NCBI RefSeq assembly: GCF_009914755.1
Contig: NC_060925.1
DNA length: 64,000 nucleotides
DNA from: the human T2T-CHM13v2.0 reference genome, Homo sapiens
Direction: 5' to 3' (one strand)
Position 1 is the first letter of the stretch; every line of letters begins with the position of its first letter. Below are positions 53,306-64,000 of this stretch, piece by piece. Position numbers and translations under genes: made by a program. The notes below the pieces were generated by a model, which did not search any database, was not told the DNA's origin, and saw only the letters and a program-made list of their open reading frames with translations.

Positions 53306-54417
53306 TACTTCCTAACATCTCTCAATCAACCCCTTCTATGCCCAATACCTTCTGGTCCAGGCCAGCACCATCTTTACCCAGGTCTGTTGGAACACTCTCC
53401 ATTCCACTCTTTCCACCTTCTTCTCTCTTCTCTGTTAGACCTTTTTATTCCATATTTCATGTCTCTTAACTAACTTCTATACTATCTCTTGGGCTCTCTG
53501 TTAGATCCTGAGTAATTTCTTTCATTTCACCAGCTCTTTCATTAGGTGTGTCTGACCTGCTACTTATCCTACCTACTGAATTTTTCATTTCAATGATTAT
53601 ATTTTTCATTTTGTGAAATTCCACTTGGTTCTTTTTCAAATCTTAGTTATTTGGGGTAGTATTATGTTCCCTGCCTCAAGTCCATCTTCAATTCCTTTAT
53701 ACATTTTAAACATAATTATTTCTATTCTATATCTCATAATTCTAGCATTTTAGACTCTCAGGGAAACTAATTCTGCTCTTTCTTGTTTCTGGTGCCTGCT
53801 GCTCACAGTGGCTTATTTCCTTGTGTGTTTTGCAATTATATTACAAATTCATGTTTGACAGATCCAAAGGGACTGTGGGACAGGATACATTGCTCCAGGA
53901 AGGATTTTTCATTTACTCTGTCCAGGTTCCCAGGGGAACTACCACCCTGAGACCATTTAAGTTACTTTTTTAAGTTTATGGTTTCCAGGACCACAAAGGT
54001 AGTGGTGTGCCATCAAACCCAAAGTTTGTGTGATGGCAGACCAGTATTTATCATTTTTTAGGGAGTCTTTTTTTCCCACCAGAAATGCTGTCTAACTTTG
54101 CTGGTGGGGGCGGACCTTTTTTCTAGCCAATCTTCCTATTCACTGAGGCTGTAGCCCTTGGAGGGTCCCAGATTTAAGTGTTGAGTTGGGGAATGCTAAG
54201 TTCCAACTCCTTAAACTGTAACTGTGTAGGCCCAAGACCTTCTTTCCCATCTGTTGAGTGGCCGTTGAAACTCCTGGCTTTAGATTTCTGAAATGTGTAA
54301 ATAGCCTAAGGTTGCTGTGGCTTCATCTTGTTTGCCAGCCTGACTTCAGTTCTCTCTTCACGCTTGGCTGGAGGGGGTTTCTGTTACTTCTGTGGGAGTT
54401 CAGGAATGTACTGAATT

Positions 54418-54731
<314 letters not shown>

Positions 54732-54871
54732 AGGAATGTACTTTAAAGGATGTTTGTTGTAACTCATCCCCACCTCTAGGTAGTTTCTTTGAGAGAGAAT
54801 GTTGGAAGCATTATTTCCCCTAACCTGTCTCTCCCATAATTGCCAAAGATACATCTTTAAAACCCACATCT

Positions 54872-55168
<297 letters not shown>

Positions 55169-57583
55169 ACCACAAATGTCACTTCTGGACTTAAAATCTT
55201 TCCCTGGCTTCCCATTGCTCTTAGGGTAAAGGCCAAGTTCCTTTCCATGGCCTAAAAGGCCCCACCTGATGTGGTCCCTGCCCCTCTCTTCAGAGGCTGG
55301 GATGGTGTCTGTCTCTGCCCAGGGCATAGCCTAGTGACTGGTGTTCAAGCCATTCATCTCTGTTGGATGAATCAATGAGGCAGCAGTGAGCATCTACTGC
55401 CTGGGTGTTTAACTGGCATTCTCTCTGACTGCTCTCAAAATGCCCTGTGAAATGGGATTATTACCCCCCCACACCTATTGCAGATGGGGAAACTGAGGCA
55501 CAGAGGACGGGTAACTTGGCTAAGGTCACACATCCAAGCTAAGGTCACACATCCAAGCATGCATTCTAACCCAAGTTTCTGCCTGAGCCAGTACCCATCA
55601 GCTCAGCCCCAGAAAGTCAAGCCCATTGTTGTGGTTTATGCCAACCTCTAAACAATTTCTGAGCCAAGAGCCTGCCTCCCATTTCTGCACACACCCCTCA
55701 CCACCTCCATCCCCCACCGAGGAAAAGGTCCTGTCTACTTGGTCTACCTGGAGAGAAAGATCCAGGCCGGATGGACAGTCAGTGCAGACAGGCACAGTCC
55801 TTCCCTCGGCAGCCCCGGCACCTCTTCTGCTTAACTGGGATGAGGCTGTCTGCGGTAACCTCCCCCAGACTGGGGGCGAGCTGAGCCCTGGGCTGATTTC
55901 CTCCCTCCTTCCCTCCCACAAGCACCCGCGAATCTCGTGCTCTAGGCTATGCGTGGGACTGGGCTCTGGGGACACAGAGTGGACACAGACCTAGGCCTGC
56001 CTCTTCAGGAGCTCACAGCCTACAGGTGACAGATGCAGACAGGGCAGTGACCGCTACAGTGCTCAGGGCTGTGATCATGGGAATCACTGGGGGCCAAAGG
56101 GGCCCAGAAGACACCTCTAACTCAGCCTGGGGCACTGAGGAGGCTGGGCGGAAGGAGGATGGCATCATGGAAGGAGGATGGCATCAAGGAAAATGCCATC
56201 AAACTGAGAACAAGATGGAGAAAGAAGTCTAAGAAGGGGAAACAGCACACACACAGGGCTGGAGGCATGACACCACAGTTAGGAGGTACAAGCGTTCTGG
56301 AAGGGCTTGGAAGACAGAGGCTCTGCAAGGCCAGCTAAATGGAGGGGTGAGGCTGCGGTGGCTAGAGAGCTCAGGAAGGCTGGAGACATCCGCCCCATTT
56401 GACTTAATAATAGCATTAACAACCAACCACCCATCGCCACAAAGAGATTACCACTTCAACTTATTTAAATTGATGACTGCATTATTTCACTCAGTCCTGC
56501 CAGCAGGCACCCTTATCTGTCTTTGATAGATATGGCAGGGACAGGCAGTGAAGACAGGAACGCAGTCAGGCTCCTCTCAGGAGCCTGGGAGAAGACAAAA
56601 ATGCATTCTGTGGAAGCAACAGCGCCAAACCTTTCCCCTCACCTGGCTGAGACTGAGGCCCCCATTTCTCCACAGGCTGCCCCTGCGTCTCCAAGACCTT
56701 TCTTTTCCAAGGACACCTTGCCTGGCCCAGGTGACATCTATTCCTGCGGTGATGGTGGCCTCTCCACTGTGTGTTGGGGAACAGAGGAGAGGGACGCGGA
56801 GAAGAGGTGCTGGGCTGGATGGAGCAGAGCTGGTGACCAATGCCAGGAGCTCTGGCACAGTGGTGGCGGCTCTCTCATTCAGATCCCACCCACACTTGAG
56901 GCCCAAACGAGAAGGGAGCTAGAGGGTGGGAGGGGGTGTCAGGTAGCCTGGAGCCGCCCCCACTCTCCCCTTCCCTCCCACTTCTCTACTAGAGTTGGCT
57001 TGGACTGCTGCTTCTGTGCCTCATGGGCAGATCTGGGTAGAGCTGGGAGACCCTCAGTTCCCACTGAGAACAGAAAATCCTCCTACCTCCATCCCAGTCA
57101 GGATGAGGTGGGTGTGGGGTGGGTGAGGCGGCGGAGCGGTCGCTCAGGAAGCCAACTGCAGTCAGAGCTGGATTTTAATCCCTGCTCCACCACTGAGGGG
57201 AACTTTGGCTCAACGAGTAAAATAATCTGCCCATGGGGATCTGTTGCTTTAGAAGTGATCTTTCTAAATTGCAAAAATGATTGTGACTCTCCTTCCAAAG
57301 AGTCCCCCTTAGCTGCACATAAATGTGTCACGGAGTGATGTAGCATGACCTAATGCAGTGTGGCCTGCAAGAGTTCTGAAAGCAGACAACCCTAGACTCA
57401 AGCTGCAGCTATTACTTGCTGGATAACCTTGGGAATGTTCCATACCCTCTATGAGCCTCCGTTTCCTCATCAAGGAGATGGGAATGACAGTACTTACCTC
57501 CCACGGTTTTTGTGAAGAATGACTAAGACTATGGAAAGCACAAGAGTACTCAGAAAATGTGAGTAATTATTATTTTTTTCTAA

Positions 57584-57917
<334 letters not shown>

Positions 57918-57964
57918 TAGCACTGACTTTATAATGAAACTAAATAACTTTAAAAGATTGAGTG

Positions 57965-58105
57965 GGCCAGGCGCAGTGGCTTACTCCTGTAATCCCAGCA
58001 CTTCAGGAGGCCAAGGAAGGAGGATCGCTTGAACCCAGTAGTTTGAGACCAGTCTGGGCAACAAAGTGAGATCCTGTCTCTATTTTATTTTATTTTATTT
58101 TATTT
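57965..58105 (+). mobile_element. Alu monomer with (TATTT)5 tail
   Basis: TSD aagatYgagtg at 57954-57964 and 58106-58116. Confidence 0.85.
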
Positions 58106-58116
58106 AAGATCGAGTG

Positions 58117-58700
58117 CACATATCCAACAACCCAGCAATTCCACTACTAAGGGGGCACCCTCGTGAAACACATGTGCAAACACCATCATACAAGAATATT
58201 CACTGTCTGAATAGCAAGACACTGGGAACACTTCGACATCCATCAAGAAGGATAAACAAATGGAGGTGTCTACATAGGGTGGTATATCACACATCAGGGC
58301 AAGTGGGACAAGAGCTACAGGATCAAGGCTAAATCTGAGACCTGAAGTTGAGTGTGAAAACGCGAGCTGCAGCATGACACATGCTATAGGACTCCATTCA
58401 CAGAAAACTTTGAAGAACAAACTACATATTTTTAAGACTTACACACACTGAGTAAAAGAATAAAAACAGAGAAATGATAAAACCTAAATTCAGGATGGCA
58501 AGTAATTCTGGAGAGGGAAGGAGGGAAGAGGTTTCCACAAGACTTTCAAGGGTCTCTACTATGGTTTATTTCTTAAAAAGAATATAAAATAAATGGGGCA
58601 CAATGTTAATATCTGACAAAGTTGGGTGGCAAGGGTTTGTGAGTTCATTTTACTATTTGCTATATTTTTCTGAAGGCTTAAAATATTTCATAATTTTTAA
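58117..58700 (+). mobile_element. Old L1M 3' remnant
   Basis: acccagcaattccactacta...gattccattca-like L1 3' motifs. Confidence 0.6.
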
Positions 58701-60099
58701 AAAGGTAGAGATTTAAGGCTTGATTTGTTCACCAATGACCATCTGGGCCCAGAGCAGGCCTTGCTGAGTGTCTGTTGAGTGAGTGTCTCTGTAGTGAAGG
58801 TGAGAATGGTCCTGCTGCGTGCGGCCCTCCTCTGCTCAGACCCCACCAGGATGACACTAGCCAGGGTTGGGGACAGATGGACAGGTGGCTTCAAAGAAGA
58901 GTGGGCAGGCATGCAGAGAGGCAGGTACGGTTCTGCATAAGGAAGACCCACCAGCGTGAGAAGAGCAAGCTTGCTGTCCTGAGGCCTGCAGCAGGGCCAG
59001 AGGTGCCCGGGGTTGTAGAGGGCACTTAGGCAGGGATGTAAGCATATAAGGAAGTGGGATGAATGTGGTTTTCAGCCAGGGAGTCTAGACTTCTTTGATA
59101 GATACCTTGCTCCATGCCCGCCTTCTCTCCTGGAAACCACTTTTCTGGACCCAGCAGGGTGGTGGTGCTCAGTCAGGGCTGCACAGAAGGAACCTACCCA
59201 ACCTCCAGCTTTACAAATACTTGAGCCCAGAACAGGAAAGGAACAGCCAGCCCCACTTCTGTGTTTTCCAAAGGAGGGACCAGAAGTCTAGGAAGGGTTA
59301 AGGACTTGGCCAAAGTCACACAACAAAAATGATGAAGCTGAAACTCACCAGGCAACCCTCTCCCAGGCCAGGGTGTCCCCCAGCAACCCAGCTTCCAAGC
59401 CCTGATAGAGCCACACACACGCAAGCCCTGTGGAGACTTCCAGCTGCCAGCTGGCACCAGCCTCGTCACCTCCCTGTTCATGTGTCAAGCCTCGGGCCCT
59501 TAGCAAATATTGTCACTGGTGGTGAGGCTCCAGGCAGGGTGAGCCCTCCTCCCAGCTCACCTGGGCCGGCTCTCTGCCCAGCAACCTCCCAGCAGTCAGG
59601 GCTCCTAGCAGCTGCCCCCTGCCCTGCCCACTGGGGCCCAGGAAAAGCAGAGAGTTGCTGAAGGTCTCCCGGCAGTAGCGGCTGTCACTGCTACGGGGGG
59701 TGATCTAGGTAGGGGTCCTATAGGGGTTTCTCAGTGGGATGTGGGTAGGGTTGGGCAGGAGAGCCACGTTGAAGGTGACAACACCCACTTTTTACTACCC
59801 AGGTTCCTGCTGCACCCAATGGGCCCGGCTGGCCCATACCTTAGCTGTTTAAGTTCCCCTAATGTCCCTGAAGATGATGGGGTGGGGGGATCTGACAACA
59901 GACAGAACTGAGTTCAAATCCCACCCGCAACTCTTACCTCCTGGGTGACCGATGACAAGTCACTTAAGTGCTGTGTCTCAGTTTCCTCATCTGTAATGGG
60001 GATGAGAGTAACAGGGCCCACCCCACAGGAGTGAACGCCACGAGGCAGGTGGGGAAGGCTGCTCTGAACGTGTCTGTGACTACAGCTCCGTGAGAAAGT

Positions 60100-60820
60100 T
60101 GGGACCCAGAAGGTGAGTGACCGACCCGGGGTCCCCGCGCCTCCGCCTCCTCACAGCCCCCTGCCCCCACTCCTGGCAGCGGCGGCGGCTGCCAGGGGCC
60201 GGGCGGGGTGGGGGCTGGAAGCCGCAGTGCGGCCCCAGGCCGGTGCGCGGGGGGAGGCCTGGCGCGGCGCCCGCCACCTGCCCGGGCCCCAGCCCGCGCC
60301 GCCCGCGCCCCCGGGCCTCCCAGCCGCGCACTTACCCCGCGGGCAGGGCTCCTGGGGCGCCGCCAGCCGAGGTCATCGCCGAGGGGCGCGGGCGGCGCTG
60401 CCCCAGCCGGACGCCAATCGCGGCCCAGGTGCTGCCGCCGCAACCCCGAGCCGGGCGCTGTGCGGTCGCGGACGCGGCGGCCGGGGAGGGGCGCGCCGGG
60501 GGCGGGGAAGGCGGCGGGGCCGGGCCGAGCCTCGGTCTCCCCACCCGCACCGTAGGGCCATGGCCGCCCGCGGCGACCCGCGCTCCCGCACCGCCGGGGG
60601 TTCTGGGCGGCCCCCACCCCCGCTCCGACAGGTGAGAGCCCGGCGCCCTCTGCGCAGACACCGCCCGGGCCGGGAGCTCGCTCCCTCCTCACACGTCCCC
60701 ACCTATTTGGCGCTAGAAGTTCTTCTCCGGGACCTGAGGTCCACTTTACTGTCACTTCTCCTCCCCACAGCTTCCGCCCCGAAGCGGCCCCCACCTGAGC
60801 CGTCACCATCCTCCCGCATT
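60100..60820. promoter_or_regulatory. TTC39A: CpG island / TTC39A promoter with GC boxes, CCAAT (60414-60418) and a G-quadruplex-prone tract (60483-60519)
   Basis: Very high GC and CpG density surrounding exon 1. Confidence 0.9.
60336..60376 (-). CDS. TTC39A: TTC39A coding exon 1 (CpG-island promoter isoform), MTSAGGAPGALPAG
   Basis: ATG at 60376 in gcgATGa context; donor GG|GTAAGT; phase 2 matches exon 2. Confidence 0.9.
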
Positions 60821-61052
60821 AATGGGGGCATTCGTGCAGACAAAGACAGCCCCCAGAGTCAGGCCTGGATTTTAATCCCACCATCTCGCCCACTGAGTGA
60901 CTGCAGGAGACCAGAAGGCGGGGAAAACACGGTTTAGCACTCACTGCTAGCTGGCAGTTCACACTGCCTTCTCAAATGATCCCCATAATTGCTATTTTAC
61001 AGATGGGGAAACTGAGGCATGGGGTTCATTTGATTCACGCATGGTCACTCAC

Positions 61053-61084
61053 CTAATAAGTGGCAAGCTAGGACTGGAATCCAT
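61053..61084 (-). CDS. TTC39A: TTC39A alternative upstream first coding exon, MDSSPSLPLIR
   Basis: ATG 61084 (gggATGg); consensus donor AG|GTGAGT; phase 2, in frame with exon 2. Confidence 0.65.
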
Positions 61085-62155
61085 CCCTCCTGAATCCAAA
61101 GCCAACACTCTGGCCCCTTTCCCCCTTGGCCCCCTCTCCCCTGCATTCCCAGTGCCTGTGTGGGGGTCACCCACAACGCTCCCCAAATGTCCACTGTGCA
61201 CCGAGCCCTGAGGCGGTGTCTCCACCTGACCTGATCTTCTGGCACAGAAAGCCACTGGCCCATGAAGAGTTAACCAGTCACCATCTCCTGGCCCCAGATG
61301 CTGCTCTTAACCATGACTCATCAGAGCATGTGGCTGCCATTAGAGCTGTCCCTTCACAAAGGAGGGGACAGAAGTAAGGAAGGACTGTAGCTCCCCTGGA
61401 GCAACTATGACCTCCAGGACGTCAGAAGAGGAAGCAGAAGGGGACAGCCTGCAGAAGCAACCACGGTGGGAACAGGACTTGTACCAGATCCCAGGGGAGC
61501 CAGGCAGTTTGGGCTTGGTGGTAGCTGCTTAAAATCTAAGCAGGCTGCCTGGAAAGGCAGTGAAGTCCCATCCTGCCCATTTGTGAGCAGGGGCAGATGC
61601 TCACTTGCAAGAATCATCCCATCTCTAGGAGTCTCATATACAGGCACGAAAAAGATAATTAACTACTAGAAGTAAGCTATGATGACATCCACCAGCAACT
61701 ATAAAGAATCCAGACAAGGGGAGAGACTGGGGAGCTTCCTGGAAGAGGTGGTGACAGAACTGAGCCTTGAAGTTTATATTATTTAAACAAACTGAAGTCA
61801 TGGAGAGGGTGTACCAGATCGGGGAGCAGCATGGATGAAGGCATGGAAGTGGGAAAGGGTGAGGCTGGTGAGACCACAAGCAATACATGTAAAGAGGATG
61901 ATGAGGCTGGGGCCCCTATCACATGTCATGCACTTTCAAATCTCTAGGCATTTAAACATGCTGTTCCCTCTGTGTGGAACACACCTTCCTCCCTTGTCAC
62001 TTGTTAGTCATTCATGTAACCGGGGGTGGATCCAGAAGCTTACAATGGGGAGGCCGCTGTTCAAAAAAAGAATACAAATTTACCAATACAGGTTGAGCAT
62101 TCCTAATTTGAAAATCCGAAATCCAGAATGCTCCAAAATTTGAAGCTTTTTTTAT

Positions 62156-62456
62156 TTTCTCTTTTTTTTGAGACAAAGTCTCACTCTGTTACCCAGGCTG
62201 GAGTGCAGTGGCACAATCTCGTGATCTTGGCTCACCACAACCTCCGTCTCCTGGGTTCAAGTGATTCTCATCCCACAGCCTCCCGAGTAGCTGAGATTAC
62301 AGGCATGTGCCACCATGCCCAGCTGATTTTTGTATTTTTAGTAGAGACAGGGTTTTGCCATGTTGGCCAGGCTGGTCTCAAACTCTGGACCTCAAGTGAT
62401 CCGCCTACCTTGGCCTCCCACAGTGGGATTACAGGCGTAAGCCACCGCGCCCGGCC
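62156..62456 (-). mobile_element. Alu
   Basis: TSD ttgaagcttttt. Confidence 0.93.
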
Positions 62457-62711
62457 TGAAACTTGAAGCTTTTTGAGCACTGTAGTTGGAGACTGCAGGC
62501 CTGCCATGTTTGCTGTGCTGTTGTTACAGCGGACACAGGCATTCTACTGATGCTCACGTGCTGCTGAGTTACCCTGAACACTATTTTTTCACTGCATTAA
62601 TGGTATGTTATATTTTTATTGTTAAGTACTTATGTGTGAATAAGGGTAAAAAAATGCTTATTGGGAGCACATAAATTCAGAGTCAAAAATGATGATGATG
62701 CCAAATAATCA

Positions 62712-63140
<429 letters not shown>

Positions 63141-64000
63141 ATGACCATTAGGCTATGTGTATAAGTTGTATATGAAACACAAATGAATTTCATGTTTAGG
63201 CTTGGACCCCATCCCCAAGATAATTCATTATGCATATGCAAATATTCCAAAATCCATGAAAATCCAAAAATTGAAACACTTCTGGTCCAGAGCATTTTGG
63301 GTTAGGGATAGTCAGCCTGTATAAAATTGCCAGGGTTCTCCCAGAGCCTTGGCAGGGGCCAGGTAAGTGAAGAATCCTGAAGCTATAAGCTGTATTAGCT
63401 CCAGAGTAAACCTTTACTGTATTTGACCAACATTTGTTGACATTTTGCCATATGCCAAAACTCCTCCTAACCCTGCAGGTTTCAGTTCAGATGTCACCTC
63501 TTCCAGGAAGCCCTCCCTCCATAGATGGGTCAGGGGCTCCCTTTGCACCCACTGCCCTAACCCACTCTGACCTACCTTAATCACCCTGAGCTGTCACTGT
63601 CTGTGTGTGGTATGTGTGTTTGGGGTGGTGGGGAGCAGAGAGTGAGGTTTGTATGTGACTGTCTGCTTCTGGAGGCTAGGGCCTGGTCCAGTTCATCTCT
63701 GTGTCTCAGGGCCTGACATCAGGTACCTGACTAGTCACCAGACACTAATGCGGGGCCTAGCACTTTACAATTTCCCTCTGAGGTTATTATTATAACAATG
63801 GCTGACACACATCACAGGCTTTTTACATGCTACACATGATGTTCAGTGTATAACATGGATTATCTTATTTAATTTTCACTTTACCACCTCTCTGAGCCTC
63901 AGTTTCCTCATCAGTAAAATGGAAATAATATTGCCGACTTCCAAGGTTGCTCCGAGTATTAAGAATTCATATATAAGCTGAGCATGGTGGCTCACACCTG

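Larger units (their letters stand above)
59600..61200 (+). ncRNA. TTC39A-AS1: Probable antisense lncRNA across the TTC39A promoter (TTC39A-AS1-like); boundaries approximate
   Basis: + strand donors AAG|GTGAGT (60113) and CAG|GTGAGA (60632), acceptor cttctcctccccacAG (60769-60770); recollection of an annotated antisense RNA here. Confidence 0.45.

Noticed and set aside
56523-57338. 271-aa + strand ORF in TTC39A intron 1
   Set aside because: Non-ATG start, no recognisable domain, runs into MIR-like sequence; a chance ORF unless Ribo-seq or PhyloCSF shows otherwise
59964-60937. Long overlapping ORFs (281 aa, 274 aa, 172 aa)
   Set aside because: Stop depletion in the CpG island; Arg/Gly/Pro/Ala-rich with no domain; only the 41-nt exon 1 is supported as coding

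Overview
Primate (very likely human, 1p32.3) genomic DNA, dense in Alu, MIR, L2 and DNA-transposon repeats, with two convergent genes. On the + strand is the 3' end of RNF11: last coding exon 1055-1226 (RING-H2 finger) and a ~2.1 kb 3'UTR ending near 3350. On the - strand is essentially the whole TTC39A gene: 18 coding exons from ATG 60376 to stop 18062, all GT-AG with consistent phases, 1734 nt = 577 aa. TTC39A has two further in-phase alternative first coding exons (61053-61084 and 52021-52064), an in-frame alternative acceptor adding 35 aa to exon 6, and a CpG-island promoter with + strand splice signals suggesting an antisense lncRNA. I see no evidence of a wholly new biological system; nearly all six-frame ORFs are repeat- or GC-derived noise. 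The most notable observations are: an 80-bp direct repeat with a CTCF-like core bracketing in-frame exon 8; a twin frameshifting 5' splice site after exon 3; 8mer sites for three miR-17~92 seed families in the RNF11 3'UTR lying downstream of alternative polyA signals; a solo HERV-K-type LTR with a perfect 6-bp TSD; and nested transposons carrying inverted Alu pairs. Gene and repeat-family names come from recognition, not database searches, and repeat boundaries are approximate.
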